NCBI RefSeq assembly: GCF_006345805.1
Contig: NC_043019.1
Location: forward strand, 4,649,360 to 4,713,359
Direction of reading: 5' to 3'
Source of the DNA: Octopus sinensis
Taxonomy: Eukaryota
Length of the DNA stretch: 64,000 nucleotides
Position numbers and translations under genes: made by a program. The notes under the pieces were generated by a model. That model did no database searches. It was not told the DNA's origin and saw only the letters and a list, made by a program, of their open reading frames with translations. Shown piece by piece: positions 11,170-24,997 of this stretch (the stretch's first letter is position 1; each line of letters begins with the position of its first letter).

Positions 11170-14100
11170 CATGTAATTATCTTGCATCGGACATTATATA
11201 TTTAGACTTATACATATTTATATTTATTTATTTATATATTTTTAATGCAACAATCATTTTTCAAACGTGTATATCTTTCTGAGGAGTTTAGACATTGATT
11301 TCCTAATATTAATAATAATATTTTGATAAAAAATATATACTCTTTTACTCTTTTACTTGTTTCAGTCATTTGACTGCGGCCATGCTGGAGCACCGCCTTT
11401 AATCGAGCAAATCGACCCCAGGACTTATTCTATCGGTGTCTTTTGCCGAACAGCTAAGTAACGAGGACGTAAACACACCAGCATCAGTTGTCAAGCAATG
11501 CTAGGGGGACAAACACAGACACACAAACATATACACACCCACACATATATATATATACGACGGGCTTCTTTCTGTTTCCGTCTACCAAATCCACTCACAA
11601 GGCTTTGGTCGGCCCGAGGCTATAGTAGAAGACACTTACCCAAGGTGCCATGCAGTGGGACTGAACCCAGAACCATGTGGTTGGTAAACAAGCTACTTAC
11701 CACAAAGCCACTCCTGCACCTATATATACATATATACGACAGGCTTCTTTCAGTTTCCGTCTACCAAATCCACTCACAAGGCATTGGTCGGCCCGGGGCT
11801 ATAGCAGAAGACACTTACCCAAGGTGCCACGCAGTGGGACTGAACCCGGAACCATGTGGTTGGTAAACAAGCTACTTACCACACAGCCACTCCTGCGCCT
11901 ATATATGTAATTATCCTGAACTTGTTTCAGTTATCATAGCGTGGCCGTGCTGGGGCACCACCTCGAAGAATTTTCAGTCGAATGAATTGATTCCAGAACT
12001 TATTTCTTGTAAAGCTTGGTACTTATTCACATCGTTTTGAATTAACGATGTCTTATATCTCGTAGCTTTGGAATTTCAATGATGTGATTTTTTTAGTCTT
12101 TTACTTGTTACAAGCATTTGACTGCGGCCATGTTGGAGCACTGCCTTGAAGGGTTTCAGTTGAACAAACTGACCTCAGGACTTACGTTTTTTTAATTCTA
12201 GTTCTTATTCTATCGGTCTCTTTTGCCAAAATGCTAAATTACAGGGATGTAAACACACCGACACTGGTTGCCAAGTGGTGATAGGGGGTGGGGAAAAACA
12301 CATAGATATACATATACATACATATATATATCATCATCATTTAATGTCTGTTGTCCATGCTAGCATGGGTTGGATGGTTATACACACACACACACATTCT
12401 TTTACTTGTTTCAGTCATTTAATTGGGGCCATGCTGGAGCACTGCCTTTAGTCGAGAAAATCGACCCCAGGACTTATTCTTTGGAAGCCTAGTACTTATT
12501 TATCGGTCTCTTTTGCCGAACCACTAAGTTACGGGGACGTAAACATACCAGCATCGGTTGTCAAACGATGTTGGGGGGACAAACACAGACACACAAACAT
12601 ATACACACACATACATACATATATATATGGCATGGCCAAGTGCTCAAGAAATTAACTTCACAATCATGGGGTTCCAGGTTTAACCACAGGAGTCTTTTAT
12701 CACAGCCTTGAGTCAATCTGAATCTTGTGAATGGAATTTGGTAGACCAGTTGGATGGGTTATAACTGTAAATCTAAGGCCTAGCATTGTCACACTGACTC
12801 TGCTTGAGAACTATATCAGGGGGACACGTGTCTGTGGAATACTCAGCCGCTTGCTTGTTAACGTAACAAGAAGGAAGATTGCTTGATCCAAAAAAAAAAA
12901 AAAACCCCAACTAAATACTCATTATCAAGACTGATGGCAAATGCAACAGTAGTTAATTTAACGAGTATTTTCACTTAAGTAAACAACTTAAAACAACCAT
13001 TGTGGAACCAAACCACCAACACTACCACCACCACCATCGCTGCCGCCACCGCCACCACCACTACATTGATTAACATTTAAATTCACATACACACTTACAC
13101 ACACACACAGCTCATTCTTTGACATACATGAACCATTCATGTACACACAAAACACACTTTAAACACACACACACCCAACAGCTGATCCTGCACATTCTCA
13201 CTCACACACTCTTCCTCTTTATCACTCTCTCTCTCTCTCAAGAAATGCATTCACTAATACAGCTACTCATACACACACAGCACTAATACGACTGTTTCCC
13301 CCCCTCTCTCTCTTTCTCTCTCTCACACACACACACAACACTAATACTGTTCTCTCTCACACACACACACAATACCAATACAATTCTTATACACACACAC
13401 AACACTAATATAGTTCTCACACACACAACACCAATACAATTCTTATACACACACACACATACAACACTAATACTATTCGTAAATACACACACACACAACA
13501 CTAATACTGTTCTCACACACACACACAACACCAATACAATTCTTATACACCACACACACACACAACACCAATACAATTCTTATACACACACACACACACA
13601 TACATACACACACAACACTAATACTATTCTTAAACACACACACACAACACTAATACTATTCTTCAATACACACACACACACACCACAACACTAATACTAT
13701 TCTCATACAAACACACACCCAGTGCTAATACCATTATCACACATACATACACTCCACTGCAGCTGTTCGTGCACATTATCTCCCACACACAACTGCTTCT
13801 TGTGCACACACACACATATACACACACTCCTGCACACACATACCAAGGCAGCTGCTTACCGACATCCTCATCTTCTCTCTCTCTCTCTCCATCTCTCTTG
13901 CACACAAACACACACACACCTCAAACCAGCATTGGGATTAAAGCCAAAGCAACAAGCCTACCCACACAGCTTTTGCGTATATGTGAATGAGTAGAGCCAG
14001 TACATCTCTTTCTCTCTTACTTGTTTCAGTCATTTGACTGCGGCCGGCCATGCTGGAGCACTGCCTTTTTAGTCGAGCAAATCGACCCCGGGGACTTATT

Positions 14101-14619
14101 CTTTTTTGTAAGCCCAGTACTTATTCTATCGGTCTCTTTTTTGCCGAACGGCTAAGTGACGAGGACATAAACACACCAGCATCGGTTGTCAAGCAATGCT
14201 AGGGGGACAAACACAGACACACAAACATATACACATATATATATATATATATACACATATATACCACCACGGGCTTCTTTCAGTTTCCGTCTACCAAATC
14301 CACTCACAAGGCATTGGTCGGCCCAGGGCTATAGCAGAAGACACTTGCCCAAGGTGCCAGGCGGTGGGACTGAACCCGGAACCATGTGTTGGTAAACAAG
14401 CTACTTACCACACAGCCACCTCGTGTGTGTGTTTCTGGCAGTGGAAGCTGGACAAGGGCGGAGACAGATAAAGACAGCCCCGCAGTACTTTGTATGAGAA
14501 TGTGCAGACAGACATAATACACTCGCCCACACACACACACACACGTGCACAATGCACACGCACGCACACACAAGCATAAATACAGGTGTGTACGGTGAAG
14601 GATCTGACTGTAGCTTAGA

Positions 14620-14835
14620 ATGATGATGATGGTGGTGGTGGTGGTGGTGGTGATGATGGTGGTGGTGGTGGTGATGATGGTGGTGGTGGTGATGGTGGTG
14701 GTGGTGGTGATGATGTGGTGGTGGTGGTGGTGATGATGGTGGTAGTGGTGGTGGTTGTGGTGGTGATGATGGTGGTAGTGGTGGTGGTTGTAGTGGTGGT
14801 GGTGATGGTGGTAGTGGTGGTGGTGGTGATGGTGC
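14620..14835. repeat. (TGG/TGA)n trinucleotide microsatellite
   Basis: Directly visible; source of the poly-His/Thr/Pro/Val ORFs. Confidence 0.95.
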
Positions 14836-15108
14836 TGGTGTTGGCAGTGAAGAGCACAGGTGATGGGATGGTTGGTGGTGATGTGTTGGCAGCGACGACG
14901 GGGGTTGGGTGGAGGTTGGGGATTGGGGGTGTGGTGGTGGTTTTGGTGGGGTGTGTGGAGGCGATGGTTTCGATTGTGATGGGTGTCGAAACAGGATGTA
15001 GGAAGAAATACTGAAAGGGCAAAGAGTTAAATTGGTGAATGATACCGACACACACACGCACACACGCACACACACACACACACACACACGCACACACGCA
15101 CACACGCA

Positions 15109-15139
<31 letters not shown>

Positions 15140-15859
15140 CACGCGCATGCAATGTGTCTGTTGTGTTACTAGGACGACCGACCAACACCAACGGAACAAA
15201 TGGAAAAGGGAAAGGTTCGCGGGAGGCGGGTGGGAGAGGTGGGTGAAATATGAGAGTAAGAGAGAGAGAGAGAGAGAGAGAGAAAGAGTCAGAGGGAAAG
15301 AGAGAGTGAGAGGGAAAGAGTGAGAGGGAAAGAGTGAGAGGGAAAGAGTGAGAGGGAAAGAGTGAGAGTTGTTAGAAAAGTTTTAAAAAAAGAAATCTAA
15401 ATCTGTTGAAAATAAGGAGTAGAACTGAGGGGCAGAGGATGGATATACATAATATATGCATGTGTGAGGTGTGTATATGATTATATATATATATATATAT
15501 CTATATATATATATCATCATCGTCATCATCATTTAACATTCTTTTTCCCATGCTGGCATGGGTTGGATGGTTTGACACAGACAGATGAGTCAGAGGGTTC
15601 TGCCAGGTTCTATGTCTGCTTTGTATATACATATATATACTCTTACTCTTTTACTTGTTTCAGTCATTTGACTGCGACCATGCTGGAGCACACCGCCTTT
15701 AGTCGAGCAAATCGACCCCGGCTTATTCTTTGTAAGCCCAGTACTATTTATTCTATCGATCTTCTCTTTTGCCCGAACCGCTAGGTCGGGGACGAAACAC
15801 ACCAGCAATCGGTTGTCAAGCAATGCTAGGAGACAAACACACCACACAAACACACACAC

Positions 15860-15898
<39 letters not shown>

Positions 15899-17157
15899 GA
15901 CAGGCTCTTTCAGTTTCTCGTTATACCAAATCCACTCACAGGCATTGGTCGGCCCGGGGCTATAGCAGAAGACACTTGCCCAAGATGCCACGCAGTGGGA
16001 CTGACCCGGAACCATGTGTGTTGGTTAGCAAGCTACTTACCACACAGCCATCCACCATCATCATCCTCGTTTAACGTCTGCTTTCCATGCTAGCATGGGT
16101 TGGACGATTTGACTGAGGTCTGGCGAACCAGATGGCTGCACCAGGCTCCAATCTTGATCTGGCAGAGTTTCTACAGCTGGATGCCCTTCTTAACGCCAAC
16201 CACTCTGAGAATGTAGTGGGTACTTTCACGTGCCACCAGCACGAGGGCCAGTCAGGTGGTACTGGAAATGGCCATGCTCAAATGGTGTTTTTTATGTGCC
16301 ACTGCGCAGGAGCCAGTCCAGCGGCACTGGCAACAAATTTCCAGCAATTTAATTTTTAGTAATTAAAAGAAATCAGAAGCACTGTTCTAAGCAAAAAAGT
16401 ACAACACACATCTGAGAAGCATTTATATTGTGTACTCAAATCTTCAAGATTATATATATATATATACTCTTTTACTTGTTTCAGTCATTTGACTGTGGCC
16501 ATGCTGGAGCACCGCCTTTAGTCGAGCAAATCGATCCCGGGATATAATTCTTTGTAAGCCCAGTGCTTATTTTATCGGTCTCTTTTGCTGAACCGCTAAG
16601 TGACGGGGACGTAAACACACCAGCATTGGTTGTCAAGCAATGCTAGGGGGACAAACACACAAACATATACACACACACACACATACATATATATATACAT
16701 ATATACCATTGGCTTCTTTCAGTTTCCATCTACGAAATCCACTCACAAGGCATTGGTCGGGCCCGGGGCTATAGCAGAAGACACTTACCCAAGATGCCCA
16801 CACAGTGGGACTGAACCCAGAACCTTGTGGTTGGTAAGCAAGCTACTTACCACACACCCTCCTGCACCTATAATATATATATATAATATATATATATATA
16901 TATAATATATATATATATATAGATATATATATATATATATATTATCAAAAATTGCAGCGTGGAAGGTGTTTATGAGTCATTTAAAAGCACACAAAAACCG
17001 TTAGATTCACTTCACCATTTAAATTTAATTTGCCAAAATATTTTCGTCCCTTTGAGACTGCGACCTGATCACTGACAAAATATTGTGCCGCATGCTGGTT
17101 CATTAAACATCAGGAATGTACAAAAAAACAGATACCCTCAAACATCAGGGGGTATCC

Positions 17158-17565
17158 TTAGAAGTAGACAGTTTCTGTTACTCAGGTGATTAAGTTAACA
17201 GTGGTGGAGGTTGTCCTGAAAGCATAGCTGCTAGAATAAGAATGGACTGGCCAAAGTCCAGAGAGCTATTACCCTTGTTGGTAATGAATAGCTATGCTAC
17301 ATGTCAGTGAGACCTGGGCTGTGACTACTTAGGACATGTGAAGGCTTGAAAGAAATGAAGCCAGTATGCTCCGCTGGATGGGTGATGTCAATGTGCATAT
17401 ATGACAGAGTGTAAAGTGTTTTAAGAGGAAAACTGGGCATATGAGGCATCAGATGTGGTGTGCAAGATGACACTGATTGGAGCCTGGTGCAGCCATCTGG
17501 TTCGCTAGTCCTCAGTCAAATCATCCAAATAGCTGGAAAATGGAAGTTAAACGATGATGATGATA
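17158..17565 (+). mobile_element. Degenerate RTE LINE ORF2 fragment with internal deletion and 3' tail
   Basis: LEVDSFCYSGD*VNSGGGCPESIAARIRMDWPKSRELLPLLV...MLHVSETWAVTT*DM*RLERNEASMLRWM, then the same 3' end and (GAT)n. Confidence 0.82.
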
Positions 17566-17816
17566 ATGTTGAAGTGAATCTAACAGTTTTTGTGTGTTTT
17601 TAAATGGCTTAAAAACACCTTCCATGCTTCAATTGTTTAAAATATATATATATAGGAAGGGCATCCAGCCGTAGAAACACTGCCAGATCTGACTAGGCCT
17701 GATGAAGCCTTCCGGCTTCACAGACCCCAGTTGAACCGTCCAACCCATGCTAGCATGGAAGCAGACGCTAACGATGATGATAGATTGATTGATTGACAGA
17801 TATATATATATATATA

Positions 17817-17858
<42 letters not shown>

Positions 17859-18148
17859 TATATAATATAGTTGTAGTTAGTAGTAAAATGGTCATTTTGC
17901 CAGTTTTAGCCAATAAAAACACACGCACTATATATTGGTATTACTCTTGCAAGATGACCATTCCTAAATACAACATCTGTTTTCAACACACAATTTCACA
18001 TCAAAAATCTTGCAAAACAAATATATAAACGTTATATATATATATATATATAACGGGAAGGTTTACGAAAATAAACAAAAGACGAAGGCAGGTGGAGTAC
18101 AAACAAACAATGTATCAGTATGGCGCTCAGGAATAGAAATAGAACAAG

Positions 18149-18186
18149 TCTTTTACGTTTCGAGCCTACGCTCTTCGACAGAAAGA
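18149..18186 (-). ncRNA. Minimal hammerhead-like motif in a Penelope-like remnant (A6U core variant)
   Basis: ucuuu CUGUCGA A GAGC-guag-GCUC GAA ACGU A aaaga. Confidence 0.55.
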
Positions 18187-19993
18187 TACACAGAAAAGAA
18201 ACAAGGAGAGAAACAGGGAGAGAGAAAAATTGCGTGTAGGGGCTAACGATCCAACATGGCGTTCTGATTTCAGGAGAAGTCAGAGATCGGAGGTCAAACG
18301 TTAGAGGTCTAACGTTAGACACTAGAGGGATAGTAGGGGAGATAACAGGGTCAAGTGACCTCGCTCCAACCTGAAGGTGCGTGTGTGCATAAGAGAGTAT
18401 GTATGTGCATGCGGAAGAGGGCTGGTGACCTAGACGTGTGTATGTATGTATGATGTGATGTGTAATGTCGTATGGTGTAGTGTAGAGTGGTGTGGGGGAG
18501 AGAGGAGATATATATATAGGTATGGTGACGCAAACAAGAAAAACTGAACTCAAGATACGAGTATATGTACGTTTTTTTTTATTATTTAGCAGAAGCAACT
18601 GAGTGACTCAAGGTTTGAGGGTTTCGTGCATTGGTACTTACCAAATGAATGCACGAAACTCTCAGACACTGTTGCTGCTGCAATAAATAAATGTATGTGT
18701 GTGTTTGTGTGCATGCATGTGTATGTACAGAAGCGGTTGTACTGCTGATGAATTCTGCAAACCAAAAATTGAAATTTTATCAAAGTAACATTGAATTATT
18801 CTAAAATCTTTGTCCGAGAAATTACACAGAGGAAAGAGATCCCATACACGTTTTCTGGATGTGTATATGATGTGACCACGTTTATATGATGTATATATGA
18901 ATATATGATGTGTATATGATGTATATGATATGTATATATGATATATATGATGTATATATGTATATATGATATATATGATGTATATATGATATATATGATG
19001 TATATATGCATATATGATATATATGAGGTATATATATATGTATATATGATGTATATATGTTATATGATATATATAGTATATATGATGTATATATGTATAT
19101 ATGATGTATATATGTATATATGATGTATATAATGTATATATGATATATATATAATGTATATATGTATATATGATGTGTAGATGTATATATGTATATATGA
19201 TGTATATATGTATATATGTATACATGATGTATATAATGTATATATGTATACATGATGTATATAATGTATATATGTATACATGATGTATATAATGTATATA
19301 TGTATACATGATGTATATAATGTATATATGTATACATGATGTATATGATGTATATAATGTATATATGATATATATGATGTATATATGTATATATGATATG
19401 ACCACGTTTTCTGGATGTATATATGATAGTGAGAACTGCTGCATGTTAGCATAGTTGTTTAGCCAAATCTGCAGCTGATTTACGAAAGAAATTCTAAACA
19501 TTGGACACAAAACCAAGAATCAAAAGCTGTCAAAGTAAACATACGAAGCACTACAGTATTTCAAGCTGTCAAGACAGGAGAAAACAAAGACATTGGGTTC
19601 ATGTCAGCAAACTAGAGCTGCCATCTAGGTCAAGTAAAAATTACAAGAATGATTACTAAAAGCAGCAAAACTTAGAATGCGGTTAGTTTAAGTGCAGGTG
19701 GCCACAAACGGCTTGGCACTGAAATCATGCTCATTTATAAGCTTTGTAAAGAAACTTTCAAGCAGTTTCTAGAAAGATACATCACACAATGTCTTGATGC
19801 TAAATGGTCCATAACCTGGCTGATCACATGAAAAAGCTGTTGTTAAACTGTGATTTTAAGTTGGCAATTTGTTGATTTAGTTTCCAATCTTGCTACAGTT
19901 TTAATAATTTGGAAAGAAGACAACATAAGGTAGATGGCCATGCTCAATATGCAGAAAAGGAATATGTAGAAATTCAGCATAGAGTACCTAGTG

Positions 19994-20300
19994 CAGTGGT
20001 TCTTGACTGGGGTCCATGCAACAAAATACTAAATTGGGGATTTACAATAGTAAGGCTCCTTTACTTTACATCCTTGCTTTAGATGTATGTATTGGTATGC
20101 ATTGCAAGAAACAGCTGGGTTTCTTTCTCTAACATTTTACATAGTTCAATCTACACAAGTTAATGGGTGACAAACAAAATAGGAATTTAGAAAGAAGTTT
20201 CTATAAAACTAGTTTTTAAACATCGAATGGCAATGGGGGTCCACCAGAACAAAGCAGCAATCAAAGGGGCCCATAGATAAAAAATGGTTGAAAATTCCTG
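19994..20300. mobile_element. hAT (Charlie-like) MITE
   Basis: CAGTGGTTCTTGA...TTGAAAATTCCTG termini; 8-bp flanks acctagtg / atctagtg. Related ends at 25075-25240 and 53854-54460. Confidence 0.72.
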
Positions 20301-20599
20301 ATCTAGTGTAAACTGTGGATGCACAAGAGGTAAGATCACAGGCATATCATCATCATCATCATCATTTAACATCCGTTTTCCATGCTGGCATGGGTTGGAC
20401 GGTTTGACTGAGGTCTGGGGAGCCAGTGGCTGCACCAGACACCAATCTGATCTGGCAGGGTTTCTACAGCTGGATGCCCTTCCTAACACCAACCAACCTG
20501 AGAGTGTAGTGGGTGCGTTTTACATGTCACTGACAAAGGAGCCAGTCAGGCGGGCCTGGCATCAATCACATTCAGATAGGGCTTTTCATGTGTCACCAG

Positions 20600-21105
20600 C
20601 ACATATATACACACATTTATATATACATACACATATATATACACACACACACACATATATATACACATACATATACAACACACACACATATATATACACA
20701 TACATATACAACACACACACACACATATACACATACATATACAACACACACACACACACACATATATACACATACATATACAACACACACACACACACAT
20801 ACAACACACACACACACATACATATACAACACACACACACACACACATACATTACACACACACACACATACAGATACAACACACACCACACACACATACA
20901 TATACAACACACACAACACACACCACATACATATACAACACACACACCACCCACACAACATACATATACAACACACACACACACACACGCTGTTACGTAT
21001 ACATGCATACATATACAACACACACACACACACACCACACATACATATACAACACACACACACACACACACACATACAACAAACCACACACACACATACA
21101 TATAC

Positions 21106-21136
<31 letters not shown>

Positions 21137-21298
21137 CACACCCATACATATACAACACACACACCACCCACACACCCATACATATACAACACACACACAC
21201 CCATACATATACAACACACACACAACACACACACATACATATACAACACACACACACACACACACATATACAACACACCACACCACACATACATATAC

Positions 21299-21331
<33 letters not shown>

Positions 21332-21426
21332 TATATATATATATATATAATACACAACACACAATATATACACATACAATATAACAACACACACACACCA
21401 CACAACACCAGCCACACACATATATA

Positions 21427-21457
<31 letters not shown>

Positions 21458-21510
21458 TATATATACAACATACATATACAACACCACACACACACACAAT
21501 ATATATATAT

Positions 21511-21541
<31 letters not shown>

Positions 21542-21550
21542 ACACACACA
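20600..21550. repeat. Long compound (CA)/(TA) microsatellite; similar tracts near 13.3, 18.9, 23.4, 25.6, 29.1, 45.5, 46.9 and 61.7 kb
   Basis: Directly visible low-complexity sequence. Confidence 0.95.
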
Positions 21551-23546
21551 TACATACTCACAGGGCTTTGTCAGCTCGAGGCTATAGTAGAAGACACTTG
21601 CCCAAGGTGCCATGCAGTGGGACTGAACCTGGAACCATGTGGTTTGTAAGCAAGCAACTTACCACACAGCCATTTCTACGCCTATGATAAAAAGGAAAAG
21701 CCAAATAACAACAGCACCACCGACCACCTTCTGTCTTTACATACAAATCTGGTGATTCAATCAGCCGCTTCTTATGAATTTTGTTGTCCTTTGTAAGATT
21801 CCATTGAACAAGAAACTTGCCAACCTCATAAATGTGTGCGTCTGCACATGCAGAGACATGGCATTTGATTCTGGAGGGGATCTTTTACTTGTTTAAGTTA
21901 TTTGACTGTGGCCATGCTGGAGTACCACCTTGGAGAATTGTTAGTCGAACGAATCAGCCCCAGTATTTTATTTTTAAGCCTGGTACCCTAATGTGTCAGT
22001 CTCTTTTGCTGAACTGCTAAATTACAGGGGCTCAAACATGCCAACACTGGTTGTCAAGGAAAGGAGGACGGGAAACAAACACAGACACAAAGACACACCC
22101 TGGGGAGATGAAATAGAAAGTCGACCTCAGCAAAATTTGAACTCACAACCTAATAACACACAAAATGGCGCTAAGTACTTTTGTCTGTATTTTGGAGTGT
22201 ATTGAGGGATTGTCACTTGGAGGGGAAGTTATCAAATAACAGCAAAAGCTTAGATTTCATAAATGCTTTGACATTTGGGACAAACCAGGAGGGGCAACAC
22301 TTAACACTATTACACTTTAACTTGTTTCAGTCATTTAACTGTGGCCATGCTGGAGCACCGCCTTTAGTCAAGCAAATCAACCCCAGGACTTATTCTTTGT
22401 AAGCCTAGTACTTATTCTGTCGGTCTCTTTAGCCGAACCGCTAAGTTACGGGGACGTAGACACACCAGCATCGGTTGTCAAGCGATGGTGGGGGGACAAA
22501 TACAGACACACAAACGTATACACACATATACATGTATACGACAGGCTTCTTTCAGTTTCCATCTACCAAATCCACTCACAAGGCTTTGGTCAGCCTGAGG
22601 CTATAGTAGAAGACACCTGCCCAAGGTGCCACGCAGTGGGACTGAACCCTGAACCATGTGGTTGGTAAGCAAGGTACTTACCACGCAGCCAGTTGAAGAA
22701 ATTTTGGAAAAGCTTGAGGAATTGTGGTCATGATGTTTTCATTCTTTCTTTCTTTTACTTTGTTCCAGTCCTTTGACTGTGGCTATGCTGGAGCAACACC
22801 TTGAAGGGTTTTAGTCAAACAAATTGGCCCCAGGATTTATTTTTTTAAAGCCTAGTACATATTTTCGATCTTTGTGGTTTTCCTCACTGTCTACAGTTTT
22901 GTTCCAATTGTTTTCAAATTTGGTATACTAATTATGAAAATGAAATTCATTTTTCCTATAAATCCATAATTAAAAAATTACTAGCCTTTAAAATTTGCAA
23001 AATTTGGGTATTTTAGCCAACCAGAAGCAAGTATTTTACACATCACTGTGGTGAAGAACTCTGTTTCCATAGTAACCAAAGCAAAGAAACACCATGTGTT
23101 TTATAATTGTTTGTTGTCCGAACAGAAGGAATTTGATTCTAGAACGTTATAGAGATTTTACAAACATATTTATATATATATATACATACACACACGGCAG
23201 GCTTTTTTCAGTTTTCCCCAACCAAGTCCACTCACAAGGCTTTGCTTGGCCTGAGGCTATATTAGAAGACACTTGCCAAGGTGTCATACAGTGGGACTGA
23301 ACCTGGAACCATGTGGTTGGGAAGCAAGCTACTTACCACAGCCACTCCTGCGCCTATATATATATATATATATATATATACATACACACACACACATATA
23401 TATACATACACATATATATACACACACACACACACATATATACACACATTTATATATACATACACATATATATACACACACACACATATATATATACACA
23501 TACAACATATATATATACACACATACATATATACATACACAAATAC

Positions 23547-23601
<55 letters not shown>

Positions 23602-23990
23602 CACATGACAGGCTTCTTTCAGTTTCCATCAACCACATCCACTCGCAAAGCTTTGGTTAGCCTGAGGCTATTGTAGAAGACACTCTCACCGGGTGTGACA
23701 CATTGGGACTGAACCCAGAACCATGGGGCTGGGAAGGAAGCTTCTTACCACACAGCTATGCCTGTTCTTTTAAATATGTCACTCGTTACCTCGTAGCTTT
23801 GAGATTTTGATGACATGGTAGGGTACGTGTGAGAGGCCAGATCTGTCTTCACCTACCAAATCCACTCACAAGGCTTTGGTTGGCCTGAGGCTATAGTAGA
23901 AGACACCTGCTCAAGGGGCCATGCAGTGGGACTGAACCCGGAACCATGTGGTTGGTAAGCAAGCTACTTACCATACAGCCACTCCAGCGC

Positions 23991-24028
<38 letters not shown>

Positions 24029-24949
24029 CCGGAAGGTTTACGAAAATAAACAAAAGAAGAAGGCAAGCGGAGTACAAACAGCATATATACACACTTACAC
24101 ACATATATTTGTATATGTATACATACATACACATATGTATATATACAGACACACACGGGTTGGATATGACTGGTTTGAATGCTAAAAGGTTAAGGGTGAC
24201 TGTTTTAGACAGAGAGAACTTCTGTTAAGTTTGCCCAAGACCTAAAGACTAATTGGGTGGGTCGTGTGTTTGATGGTAAGAGAAGCAGAGATCTGATTCA
24301 AGTACTTTCAACAGTGGGAACTCCACTAAATGTACCCAAAAGGATCAGGTGAGGGCGTTGAAGTGAGAAAGGTGTTAGATCGAGGTTCGTTTAATGTCCG
24401 CTTTCCATGCTGGCATGAGTTGGACGAATGACTGAGGGCTGGCGAACCAGATGGCTGCACGAGGCTTCAATCTTGATCATGCAGAGTTTCTACAGCTGGG
24501 TGCCCTTCCTAACGCCAACCACTCTGAGAGTGTAGTGGGTGCTTTTTACGTGCCACCGGCATGGGGGCCAGTCAGGCGGTACTGGCAATGACCTCGCTCG
24601 AATCTTTTTACATGTGCCACCAGCACAGGTGCCAGTGAAGCGACGTTGGTAACGATCACACTCGAATGGTGCCCTTTTATGTGCCACGGCATGGGGGCCA
24701 GTCAGGTGGTACTGGCAATGACCTCGCTCGAATCTTTTTACATGTGCCACCAGCACAGGTGCCAGTGAAGCGACGTTGGTAACGATCACACTCGAATGGT
24801 GCCCTTTTATGTGCCACGGCATGGGGGCCAGTCAGGTGGTACTGGCAATGACCTCGCTCGAATCTTTTTACACATGCCACCGGCACAATTGCCAGTAAGG
24901 TGATGCTGGTAATTTCAGGAGGAAAAACAAAGGAAGGCGTCATTCTTAC

Positions 24950-24997
24950 TTCATGAAAGAAGGCCGCTCCAGTAAGTACCATCGACAGTTCACAAGA
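24950..24997 (-). pseudogene. Displaced fragment of a downstream EXTL3 exon (3' third) with its splice donor
   Basis: Encodes SCELSMVLTGAAFFHE then GTAAGA; EXTL3 has YSCELSMVLTGAAFFHK at an exon end. Upstream bases (YLKCVSHHLTV) are not homologous. Confidence 0.85.

Noticed and set aside
17690-17735. CTGATGA-AGCC-ttcc-GGCT as a hammerhead
   Set aside because: No GAAA after stem II; it is a point variant of the RTE 3'UTR (cctggtgcagcc).
18660-19900. Possible decayed Tc1 or hAT transposase around a microsatellite
   Set aside because: Only vague motif resemblance (KISIFG, RKSAADLAKQL); no DDE triad or TIRs.
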